Positions 52,176 through 64,000 of a stretch of 64,000 nt of DNA are shown here, one piece after another. The DNA is from Ruditapes philippinarum. Taxonomy: Eukaryota. The stretch is from contig NW_026861817.1 of assembly GCF_026571515.1 (NCBI RefSeq), forward strand, positions 1-64,000, read 5' to 3'. Made by a program: the position numbers and the translations under genes. Under the pieces are notes generated by a model, which saw only the letters and a program-made list of their open reading frames with translations, did not search any database and was not told the origin of the DNA. How positions within the stretch are numbered: position 1 is the first letter of the stretch; each line of letters begins with the position of its first letter.

Positions 52176-53405
52176 ACTAGTAAAAGAACGAGGTTATGGT
52201 AGCGGTGTTGAAACTATAGCATTGATGAGGTGAATGAAACAGTGAGCATTGCCTATATCCTACTGCAATCAAAATCAAAAGTTTTATTTGCTGATCATTG
52301 CTGATCATTATCAATCGTTTGCTATAAAAAAATAGTTGCGGAAAGTGCAAAATATGTTTATTCATACACATATTGTGCAACCATATCACGCATATAATTT
52401 TTCAAAAAAAAAAAATAAATAAAAAAGAAAAATAAATAACAGTTCAATTTCATACTGTGTTTTATTTTTCTTCATGAAATGGATATTTGACCTGTTTATA
52501 GATTGTCAGTTGATTGAAACTGGTACTTAGCCAGACAGATTCCACGATTCATACGACGCAAATATTGCTACTGGCTTAATACGATATACATATTTAAAAC
52601 GCATTAACAAACTTTCATTGTATACGCTTAAAATTAAAGGAAAACTAAAGAGGAATTATAAGCGTCTAAACATAGTGGTGCGACGGGCAGTGTCCGGTGC
52701 CAAGAACAAACAATGTCTGTTTCTTTCAGTAAATTGAAGAAAAAAAACATGTTTAAAACACTACTTCCCCTTCAATGCAGTCATTTTTAAATTTGTTTTA
52801 TGATTGTTTACTTCTATATAAATATAAACATTTTCTCTGGTATTAACAAATCAAAAATTGGCAAAGTAATGTTGCAAGTCACAAAATAACAAATGATCTT
52901 TCAGAATTAAACTATTATTTAGCATACTTAATGCTCATTATATTAGATGGACTGAAGTATTTCCGGTTTCCTAAAACTTCATTTATTTGGGAAATATACA
53001 TGTACTACTTTTTTATGTACCCGGTCATATTGTTTTGTAGTAAATTACAAACTTGAAAAGCAACGCTTATTTGACTTTGGCTTTAAATCGTGAAAAAGTA
53101 AAAATTGAATAACTTGCACAATCCATACTATCACAATGGTAAGATCCAATAATGTAAACTGCACTCATGGAAAATTTACTTCCGCGTTCCAAGTTGATCT
53201 ATTGTCTGTAGACATTCGACAGATAACGTTTGGATCGGAACAATATATTACGGCCAACATGAACATTTTATTTAGTTAATCAGTTTAAAACCCTGACTTG
53301 TTTCATTGAAATATCTAAGTTTGTGAAATCGCTGAATTTAAATATATGTACATGTACATTTATATATGTAATATCTAAAAAGGGACAATATAATCGTAAC
53401 ACAAA

Positions 53406-55125
53406 ATGGCGGATAGTGGAAGTAAAAAAGGAGATGATGATGAAGTTCCTGGTCGTGTGAAGGAAAACTTGTGTCAACCATGTTTAAGTAAGGATAAGCA
53501 AACTGTAGCTGACAAGTTTTGTTCAACTTGTAATGAATTCCAATGCAATGATTGTTCAAATGTACACAACGTGCTCGCCATCTTGAAAAATCATAAATTG
53601 GTGAGCGTGAAAGAAGCTGATGTTGCACGTTTTTCGTTTAAAATGAAGGCCTTAGATCTATGTGATCAACATCAACATTCTTTTGAATTTTTCTGTGAAG
53701 ATGAAAAGAAGCTCTGCTGTAGTAAATGTGCTATTGTTAATCACAGAAAATGTCACAGCGTTGTAGAAATTGAGAAGATTACCGGAAAAATAACCTCGTC
53801 AATTTCTATCTTTGGGGACAAATTGAAGGAAGCTAAGGAAGCTGCTGAGATCGTTGCGAGACATATTCGCTCTTCACAAGATCAACTTGCTCAAGATATA
53901 AAAGAAATACAAGTAAAGATAAGACGAATGCGAGACGAAGTAATGGAAATGTTTGCCGATCTAGAAGATTCCTTTAACAAAAGAGCTGAAACTCTGCAGA
54001 AAGAAACATTACAAAATCTGACAATGAAGCAAACACAAAATGAGAAACATTTGGCTGATGTAACATCGTGCTTAGAGACGATTGAAAATATTTTAAAAAA
54101 TGGAACTTCAGTACAGAAATATGTAGCAGAACATAAACTGGAGAGTGAAGTCAATGCTCTCTGCAAAAACATCAAGGAGGAATGTCAGAACTTAGAGAAG
54201 GTGAACATTTCTTTTCAATTTGACGAAACATTAAAACTGCCACCTTTCCCAATTACTGAATATGTTCCAGGACAATTACAATTAAAGTCAAATTGCCAGG
54301 AAGATTGTGTTGACATGACGAGGAAGTTAACACCAGTTTCTTCTGTTGATTTGGAAAAGACGGGAGATGATATCGAAAACCCGTTCTATACAGGCATAGA
54401 TTTTCTACCTGATGGTAGACTGGTGGCTGTTGATAACAAAAACAAGAAATGTTTATTGTACAATGAGCAGCTGGAGAAAGTAGGATCATATCAGCTTCCT
54501 TACAAACTATTATCTGTTGTTGTAGTATCTGAGGAGGAAGTAGCGATAACAAAATGGTATTGATTATTATATAGTATTTCTACATGTTAGTAAATTTAAT
54601 GAAATAACTGCAAGAAGGACATGTAAAGTGAAAACGAAATATTACTCAATATGTTTGAAAGATGATAGACAGTTTGTAGTAGGGACTTATGATGAACCTA
54701 AACCTGTTCGTATTGTATCATTGACAGGAGAGGAGCATGATTTTAGTGTTAACTTTCCAAACAAGATATATCCTCTAAAAACTAGCGCTAGTACTTACAT
54801 AAAGAGCAGCGACAAAGTTGTGATTACAGATAGATACGAGCACACTGTCAACATATATGATATCAAGACAAACACGAAAGTCTTAGTCAAGGATGATCAG
54901 ATACAGGGACCACGTGGTGCAGCAGTTGGTCCTTCTGATACTATCCTAGTGTGTTGTCGTAAAACAGACACCATAGTACAGATATTTCAAACAGGTCAAA
55001 TGTTAACATCGTACAAGATAGATATGAAAAATCCGTTTAAAGTATGTGTCTCACGTGCCTGATCATTTATTGTCGTTACAAATAACTGTCCTGGACATAT
55101 GAAAATGCAGAAATTCAAAATATGA
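53406..55125 (+). pseudogene. TRIM-like copy 5, disrupted (385-aa N-terminal ORF still open)
   Basis: +1 A at 54551-54554 gives TGA at 54561-54563; a further in-frame TGA at 55060-55062; otherwise colinear with the paralogues. Confidence 0.85.
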
Positions 55126-56220
55126 ATATAACAGCGCCATCTTCAGTTTTACATAGAAGATTTACACACCGATTCAAACATTTTAAAGAATGAAACCAGA
55201 ATTTATCAGTGACATATGATGGATGGATCATGGAATTATAGTTATGTTCTAGCACGAATGCAGTTGATCTTATTAAAAACATTCAAATAGATAACAAAAT
55301 GCTGAGAAAAAGTGTTCTAATCAAAAGTAGTCGATGTATGTTTTAACAGACAGATTTAACATCACTAACACCTGGAGTAAATAATTAAATATTAATAATT
55401 TGAATCAATGATTTCAATTGAGATATTTATTTCATTTTAGGCATTTCAATTAATCAATTAATCATGAGTTATGTTTCGAAGGATCACCTTTTCTCTAAGT
55501 TTTTATTTAGCACGGCTTATATGTAAAGTAGTTCTATTCTGTAACATAGTTATCTTATTTTTTTATCATCAATAATGTTGACTTTATAATTATACATTTG
55601 TTTGTTATCATCAATTTCCCGATGTTTTTTTTCTTAAACAATTTGTGATAAAATGTCACTACGTTCTTTTAATACCTTTAACCATCATATACTGCCTTAC
55701 CTGAAAGTGATTAGCCTTTGGCACCAGTATACATCCAGCCAGCATGTATATTCAAGCAGTCTGACCAGTTTTTATTTCTTTTCTAATATTGAAATTTTTT
55801 ACACTTCAAATGGACTGCACCAAACTCAAAGGCAACTCCATTTTATGAATTAAGCAGGTCAAGGGTTAATAACAACAACGTTTATTAGATAAAATTTACA
55901 TCAATTTCTTGACTTCAGTTGACTTTTTTATTATAATATATATATATCAAAACATAATAGATATAGATCTATAAGTATAATATGAAAGTTATGTTAGAAA
56001 TGCATATATTTTATTGAGTCTTATTGTATATCATATATCGTGTTCTTCAAGATGATTAAATATAACAATCAGAAAATATCATATATAGACCCTTTCATTA
56101 AAACCGGATTCAAGTTGTCGCTCTTGGAATACGTCATTGGAGATACGGTGGACATTGCCGGTAATAAAGGAATTTGGAGATCTAAATCCTTAATCTTGTA
56201 AGATGGGCAGATTGAATATG

Positions 56221-57218
56221 CCAAAGAGGGTTGTAACGGTGCCAGGACTCTAAAAACAAGAGGTGAAAAACGCACACAAAAATCGTTGTTAACTGAATTA
56301 TAATTAATGCCAGTTGATAGTCATTCTGGATGATTCTGGATGATCAAATCGGTAAGTCATGACAACCAATAAAGTCCCTAGGATGATCAAATCATATATA
56401 TTTTGACAAATCACAAAAGTGACATAATCTGATGTAATGTTACATCTCTTAATTATTTACCCTGGTGATTTATGATATTACTGCCAAGTGCCGCTTGTTT
56501 ACAACATTTGCACTAAGTTGATTAAAATGTGTCAGAGGCGCTTATATATACAAATTCATTTATAATATACACAATAAATTACTGGTAAACGTTCTTTTTT
56601 CTTTTACTTGCTAACTTTTCACCGAGAACGGCCATTCGCTTGTCACGCGATTGAGGATAAAAAAGATTTTACTACTAGAGTTCTGATTGGCCGATATATC
56701 GGATGCTGGTGACAAGCAAATGGCCGTTCTCGGTGAAAAGTAAGCAAATTAAAGAAAAAGCCGCTAACATGGTTGTCTGTCGAAATAATTTCACGTAATC
56801 ATACATGTATGATTTGCAAATTATTTTTATTCATTGAGATCAAGCCTTTGCTTCGTGTGTTCATTGTTGTAATTTTTTTACGGGATAAATCGCGTGTTTT
56901 CAATGTTGCGACTTCTCGGTGGACTAGCAAAAAAGTCGTTTTCGGCTAGGCTTGTGTTCGGCATGTTACTATATGCATGGTTAAAGGGACAAGTTGCTAT
57001 CATTTATTTAAAGTACTATAAGTATGCTACATGTACTTATAGAATATAGAATTTGCTCAAAAAAGAGAAAAGAAAATCGCTTCTCATTGAGGTAAAGGCG
57101 AAAATTGCATATGTTGGAGTTATATATATGGGTTGTCACATGCGTTTTTGGTCTTGACCTAGGTTTAGTCACACCTGACCCTATTTTAGAGTCCTGGCAC
57201 CGTTACAACCCTCTTTGG
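56221..57218. mobile_element. 1-kb non-autonomous TIR element with an internal inverted repeat
   Basis: Perfect about 35-bp TIR ccaaagagggttgtaacggtgccaggactctaaaa; inner inverted arms at about 56600-56646 and 56709-56758. No clear TSD. Confidence 0.75.
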
Positions 57219-58886
57219 TATCGACCGACTTAAAAAGCAAAATCATATTTAATAAATTTTCGGAAAATGTGTACCTGTCTCGGTAACATACACGTGTCAT
57301 AGTTTCGGGTACATTTTTCAGTAAACGTAACAAGTTTCATGAACATGTTGCAATACTATGTGCGTGTCTCGTTATCACATGTTTATGCCAACATATTTTG
57401 AACACGTCTTTGCTCTGTTTTCTGATAGTCATAAGTGCAAAAGATTTATACTTATTGCAAGGCTTCCATGATTTATCCATACAGCATTAATTTACAAGAA
57501 ATTGTAATCGTGGATAACGGTTATTTGTCATCAGATACTTGTCATCCAACTACATTTAACAATTATTGCCCTTTATCAATGACTGCGATTTATATTACTA
57601 GTATTTGCTTCCTCTACTTAGCTCTCAATGTCTTCAGTGAAGAAAACGATTTATCATGTGTGACAGTCACCCTATACAATGGCACTGATCTGTTTGACAT
57701 TGTTGTAATTCTTTTCCCAACAGTTTACTGCAAACTGTCATAGGAACTCGGGGACAGGACCGCATATAGCAACACATACTTCAGAATTTGCCGGGTTTAG
57801 CTGTTGTGTGTCCGAACTTTTCATATTATCCGTGTGAGTGGTCTTTCAATATATAATTATACATAATCTGCTCAAATAAGTCAAATTTACGATATTTTAG
57901 AAAAAGAAATTGAGTGACATCCGCCAATTACCACGACGTTTTGTATGTGTTACTCCCCTTCATAAGTAGTCCAAGTATTAACAGGTAAATCCTTAAACAT
58001 CATGGAAAGTAAATAATCTATAATAAGAGAAAAAAGAGCGTATTCTGTACACAGATAATATATGTTTGTTGTTTACACATGTCTCTGCATTTCTTTGACG
58101 GATTAGAGAATGGACTTTATTGCAATGAAAACATGAGTGAAACTTATCAATACAGGGTGCCAGGGTCAGATTTGTTATATTTAACTTTACATTCTCATTG
58201 CTTTAATTCAATTAAGCCGTGAAATTCTCCAATGGTCTGAATGAAGATATTTTGTGTGAGAATAAGATTTTTTGTCCGCAACAAAAAATATATGGAGTCA
58301 ATAGTTGGTCGTCACCGTTAAATTCTAACAGACTCCTACAAATCCACATATACTGATTTTATAGGCAATGTAGAGGTATGGGGTGTTTATATCTTGTTAT
58401 GGGAAAGTCCATAAATAACATCTTAGAATGTTGACAAAAAGTATTGCCTTATGGTCCTTTTAAACGATCTTTGCAATAGCGTCAAACGTTGTCATTTTGT
58501 ATCTAATCAGCATGAAATATTTCAATATTTATAATTCCAATGATTGTTTTTTTTGTATTTTTGCACTAAGCTTTAAAGTAAAGATTTACCAATTAAAAGA
58601 CAGTCTAACTGACTTTTATTTAGCACGGCGTATATGTATCTGTACCATGAATAGCTTATTTATCAATAATCTTCACATAGTGTTGTTGTATAGTTATACA
58701 TTTTATGTCTGTAAATATCAATTTTCGATATCCTAACAGTTTTGTCCAAATGACATCTTTCATATAAAATCGTTGTTTTGTAATAGTTTATTAAGTACAG
58801 TATATTGTGATAATGGCGAAAGGTTCATTTTTTTACTTGATCCGAAATTTAATTGTTTTTGCCACTTGCATAGAAAAAGACAGCTG

Positions 58887-59119
58887 TAGTACTTCATAAA
58901 GAGCAGTAACAATGTGGTGCTTTCAGAGTGGTACGAGTGCATTGTCTACATATATGATATCATGACAAACACGAGAGTCATAGTGAAGGATGATTCGTAC
59001 AAAATAAATATGAAATGGTCGAGTAGTGTATTTTTATCACTTGATAAATATTTCTGTTTTGTTATTTTAAATAACTGTCCTAGAAAATAGAAAAGAAGAA
59101 ATTCAAAATGTCAAAATAA
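58887..59119 (+). pseudogene. Old 3' fragment of a TRIM-like copy with an internal deletion
   Basis: ataaagagcag..ttgtctacatatatgatatca..acacgagagtc.tagtgaaggatgat joined directly to tcgtacaa.ata.atatg...aaattcaaaat.tca; weak 3'-flank homology to about 59315. Confidence 0.8.
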
Positions 59120-60758
59120 TAAGAGTCGTACAATTAATAATAATAAGTAATAATTGAAACACGATTTGAACGGTGACATATGAAAAATGTACATATATAC
59201 TTATTTCTTCCAATGTCTGAATGTAGATGTTTGTACAAACATACATTAACGCAAATCATTGTACTGAAAATTGCTAAAGTTAACATTATGTATTATGTTA
59301 TGACAGACAGATTAATTAAGTATTAACATATTTTTGTTTATCTCATTTTGGCAAAAGTAAATTATATTAAAGTTTTAACCATTACTTGTAACGTTGAACT
59401 AAATCTTCACTAACTCTATCAATAGCATAAATGTATGAATTATTTTTTGTTAAATAACGTGTGTTGTTTACCACCGTTACTTCTTTTTATTTATCATTAT
59501 CATTTAATGCTGACTGTAAAATTGATAAATTGTGTTTCTGTAAATGTAGTCAATATCCTAAATATTTTGTTCAATCACTTTTTTTTCATATGGAAATGTT
59601 GTTTTGTAATGGCTTATCAATGACTGTCGATTCAACGTTTAACGGACATCAGTATCAATGAACCGTTTCGAAATGTATCTATGAATCATAGCTTAGATAT
59701 CTTTATCTTTTGCTGATTTTTTATCTATGAATTCACCTATGGAATGTCTTTCATGTCCTTATATCTTTGTGCTGATCCCTTTCTCCATGATTAAGTCAGT
59801 TTTTACTTTCCGCTAGTACACCCTGCAAACACCTCATGATGATGAGAGCTGTTATCAAACATTCCACATGAAAACGTACTCATGACACCAAACTTTAAAT
59901 TTAAAACGCTTTCAATTGTAGGTGATTGCATCGGCAAAAAAATGTTTTTAGATGAAACATTTATGTCAGTTGATTTAAACGATATTAAAACATTATGAAA
60001 TTATATTGGAGGAAATAATTCAAACATGGTTCCAGATAGAGTTAGGGTTCTTGGCCACTGCACATTTTCTAGATGTCATAATACTATGGATATAGTTACA
60101 AAACCGGACAATAATTTATACAAGATAGATGCAAAGGACACCATTAAATAAGTGTACTTTTAGTGCTTACTTTAGATTTCTTTATAAAAATAAGCTTATT
60201 TTGTGTAACAGTGTATTTGTATAGAAATATTTCATTAATGTTTATTTTTGAATTAAAGCTGCATGCTTCCAGATGAGCCAACTGCTTCAAAAAAATCAAA
60301 CTTCTTGAGAAAAATGTACTGAGACTGTTAGAAAAGTAAAAAAGATTCATTATCGTTATGAGTTACAATTAATAATGTGCAATTGATGACTGGTGTTGTA
60401 GTATTTATGAATATATGATAATATGAATAATTTTATTGAACAAAAGGCAAATGCCTGTGAGTACATATATACAAACATATAATACAAGGATTTTTTCACA
60501 AAAATATCAGTGGCGGTCCAATTCTATATAAATCATCATAAATGTATGTAATCGTAAAAAATATCAATCATCACTGCACGCAATCATTATCATTTTGCAA
60601 ACTATAAGAGGCAATTGGTGAAACAACAGTATCAATCAATAAAATATAAATGCTTTTATGTAAATCTTCTCAAATTTTCAAACAGTTAAACACCAATTAT
60701 AGTAATCGTCAATAAGATTTTGAAAAATACAGAAAGTATACGAGAGTATTCAACTTCG

Positions 60759-60810
60759 CACACGCACGCACACACACATACACACGCACACGCACGCGCG
60801 CACATACATG
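60759..60810 (+). repeat. (CA)n/(CACG)n microsatellite
   Basis: Visible run; a similar one lies at 30950-30998. Confidence 0.85.
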
Positions 60811-60960
60811 TATATGCATACAATAATGTTATTTAATATATCAAAATAGAGTCTTCCATAAGAGAAAAATGTTAAAATATATTTTGTGGAGAAAATGACT
60901 CACATTTAATATAAAACTATGCGACGGCGTTCCATGGCTTTAAATAAGTATATCGCTTAT

Positions 60961-61265
60961 TTATTTGCTTTTGGTCGCTACAAACTTTGGAATGTTCGGT
61001 CTTTTTCGAAAATAATGTTTTATATATCTAATTCTTAAATCTTTATATAATTCGCATTCTAAAAGAAAATGAAATTCGCCTTCTAGTGTGTTACATAAGA
61101 TACATTTGCGTTCATTTCTTGGAATCGAATGCGGTTTATGCCATCTGCCGGTTTCTTTATACAATCTATGTGACGATAAACGAAATCCCGTTAAAGCAGC
61201 TCGGTATTTACTGATATTGACTTGTTTTATGTATTTCGAAAAACCGAAAGTAGCGAAATTTATAT
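60961..61265 (-). mobile_element. LINE ORF2 C-terminal fragment (RTE-X-like CCHC region)
   Basis: FRLSSHRLYKETGRW..PRNERKCILCN..EFHFLLEC..Y.DLR. Confidence 0.75.
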
Positions 61266-61269
61266 GTGT

Positions 61270-62240
61270 CATTCAACTCAAACTTGACATATGGATATGT
61301 CATGAGAAAATATAGGTCAAGTTCGAATTTGGTCATGGTTCGATGATTTTTGGCAGAGTTATGCCCCTTTTACTTTGAAAATAATATGAAATTTTCAGTT
61401 TCCGTTCATTATCTCCCCAACGGTGCAACACATTCAACTCAAACTTGACATATGGATACGTCAAATAAATGCACATGTCAAGTTTAAATTTGGTCATGGT
61501 TCAATGATTTTTGGCAGATTTATGCCCCTTTCACTTTGAACATAATATGAAATTTTCAGTTTCTGTTTATTATCTCCCCAACGGTACAACACATTCAACT
61601 CAAATTTGACATATGGATATGTTTTTGTAATGCCCAAACAAAGTTCGAATTTGGTCATGGTTCAATGATTTTGGCAGAGTAATATCCCTTTCACTTTGAA
61701 AATAATATGAAATTTACAGTTTCTGTTCATTATCTACCCAACAGTGTTACATATTCAACTCAAATTTGACATATGGATATGTCAAAGGAATGGGCAGGTC
61801 AAGTTGGAATTTGGTCATGGTTCGATGATTTTTGAGTTATGTCCCTTTCACTTTGAAAATAATATAGATACATCTTAGGAATAAGCAGTTTCAGTTTGAA
61901 TTTGGTCGTGGTAAAATGATTTTGGACAAACTTATCTTACCTGAATGTTGGAAAAATTTTGAACTTTCAGTTTCAGCACTCATACTTTTGTGGAAATGTA
62001 TGTAGCCATTATTTTGGCTACAAATATGCAATATGCTATTTTCAAAAGGTTAAGACTGAATAATTTCAGTGCCTTGAACATTGTATGAAAATTGTTTGTG
62101 TTAACATTGAAAAGTTTTAAGGGCTTTAAACTTAAAATGAAAAAAAAATGTGTGCAAACAAATTTGGAACTAAATGTTATAACATCTGAAATTTTGGCTG
62201 CATGCGGGGGCATCTGTGGCATAATGACACATTTCTAGTT
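61270..62240 (-). mobile_element. HINE-like element with about 161-bp tandem repeats
   Basis: attcaactcaaa at 61271, 61432, 61593 and 61753; terminus gcgggggcatctgtgg...gacacatttctagtt; abuts the LINE fragment. Confidence 0.7.
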
Positions 62241-62453
62241 TAAAGCTATAACTGTATAAGTTTGTTTGTACCCCCGGATTAGCTGGAAATAACCCCAAAA
62301 TATTCTTAATTCTGGAGTAAGTTTATTGTCAATGTGATAAAATAGAATAATGTAGGTTGATCTTTTTATTTCTTTGGTCTAAATCAAGAGACGGCGTTAA
62401 AGATGGTTTAACTTTGTTGAATTTTGTGTTATAAAAGGTCTTATAATCATAAC

Positions 62454-62520
62454 AGTCAGTTCAATAGATAGAGTGTTGGACTGTGAAGCCGGTGACCTGG
62501 GTTCAATTCCCAGATGATGC
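62454..62520 (+). mobile_element. tRNA-derived SINE head (His-like GTG loop)
   Basis: agttcaatagatagag...ggactGTGaagcc...ggttcaattcc: A- and B-box-like motifs but a defective acceptor stem. Confidence 0.45.
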
Positions 62521-64000
62521 AGGTCAATTATGTTGTGATTGATCATAAATGAAATCTTTTCTACATTATGGTCATTTGCACTGTAGTCTGCTCTGGCATG
62601 TACAAAAGTTCTCAATTGTGAATGTGAAGGCAACTAAGGACTGGTAAACTGCTTGATAGCTTGCAAGGAAAAGATGCGGTTGATAACCAGCTGTGCTCTA
62701 GTGAATTTGAATTGGCATTCTACTTTATATTACCAATGTAAAAGCTTACCTGAGCACCACTACTCACATTATGAGCATCTAAGACTGCGTGCATCAGGTG
62801 TGCAGATCTTGGTCTGGTTGTATTTTTGTGGCAATAATTAACTTTACTATTTCAATCATGTAAAGTTAACGATTTAAAAATGGTGAAATGTAATTAGGAA
62901 GAAATAAATAAAGGAGTATGAGGACATATTGTAAACACCTTAGTGCAGTAACTGGTTAACTTCTTACATAATTTAATTGGAGTTAACACGTTAATACACT
63001 AACGTGACGATATCCTGATCTTTGTTCCGACAATTTAATAGATTCTTTTGTTAATTAGAAGGATGTCAAAAGTTTGATTGCAGATGGATATTAAAGTACA
63101 CTCAGTTAAACTAGATTATTTACATTCAAAACTGTCATAAATTTAAACTCGAACATTTAAACTCAAACAAAATTGAAGTGAAATATGTTGGTTTAATCGC
63201 AAATGAGGATACTCAAATAATCAGTTTAAAGGGACTTCACTGAGATTATGTTTGACAAGACAGGTTGAGATTTGTGTCCCATTTGTTGTTTGCTCTGACT
63301 CATATTGATTGTAAAAAGAAAAATATTTAAATGCTTTTTTATTTAATGCATTCAGCTATTAAATTTAAATGCTACCATTCAAACAAAAACAAAAATAGTT
63401 TTGCTAATAAGAGTGGAGCTTTGATGAAATTTGATGTACAGTCACTGCTTCATTATAAATTTAAATTATAGAGTATTGAAGAACTCAGTTATTGAAATGT
63501 TATATTGTGCCAATTGTAGATCTCATATTCTCTTTTAGGGTTCTATATTCCTTATTCTTATTAAAAGACTGGTATTTATAACAACTACATACATGTATAT
63601 ATAAAGATTTGAACAGCACTATTAGGGGTAAAAATCTTTAGCATCCTTAATGTCTATAATAATTCTTTTACTCCTGTGTATTGAGTGTACTAATTAATTT
63701 TATAACAGAAAACGTGGAAACATCACTTTAAAACATGCAGTATTTTATATTAAAAGCTTATCTTAAATTTTTAACTTAAAGCCGAACGCGTTCAATAATG
63801 ACAACTTCCAGTCATCTCATATCTGTTTCAATCTATAAGTTTATTCTTTTTTGTTTGTTTTGGGTTTTACGTCACATCGATAAGTTTATTCAAATTGGAG
63901 AAGCAAAAATAGTACTAGATAAACTATCGAATTTTAAATGTCTTGATTGCATTGTTGGTAAAGTCATTGGGATGCAAAAATTAAAATTTTTAACGAGTTC

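Noticed and set aside
51763-52233. 156-aa multi-pass membrane protein
   Set aside because: The hydrophobicity comes from a GT-rich 54-bp repeat and the 5' part looks intronic; kept only as a low-interest finding.
62454-62520. tRNA-His gene
   Set aside because: Acceptor and anticodon stems pair poorly; better explained as a SINE head. The same applies to 10772-10850 and 33490-33550.

Overview
AT-rich eukaryotic genomic DNA with spliceosomal introns, many interspersed repeats and one 238-N gap. The repeat types and the gene family suggest a bivalve mollusc; that is inference. The backbone is a head-to-tail (+ strand) array of paralogues with single-exon CDSs encoding RING-less TRIM-like proteins (two B-boxes, coiled coil, C-terminal NHL-like beta-propeller). 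Three copies are intact (6119, 29193, 45358), two are full-length but disrupted (12979, 53406) and two are 3' remnants (49044, 58887). Paralogue divergence in the propeller is concentrated in short loops. Between the copies lie: (1) a decayed Ginger/KRBA2-type DDE integrase element whose reconstructed protein continues into an OTU cysteine-protease domain and an F-box-like motif, split by a Helentron-type non-autonomous insertion; (2) three phase-compatible 5' exons of a 26/29-kDa-proteinase-like cysteine protease gene, with a BEL/Pao fragment in intron 1; (3) two terminal exons of an apparently unrelated hillarin/KY-like gene; (4) a LINE fragment and many MITEs/SINEs, several with verifiable TIRs and TSDs. 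Family assignments come from motif recognition by eye; no database search was run.
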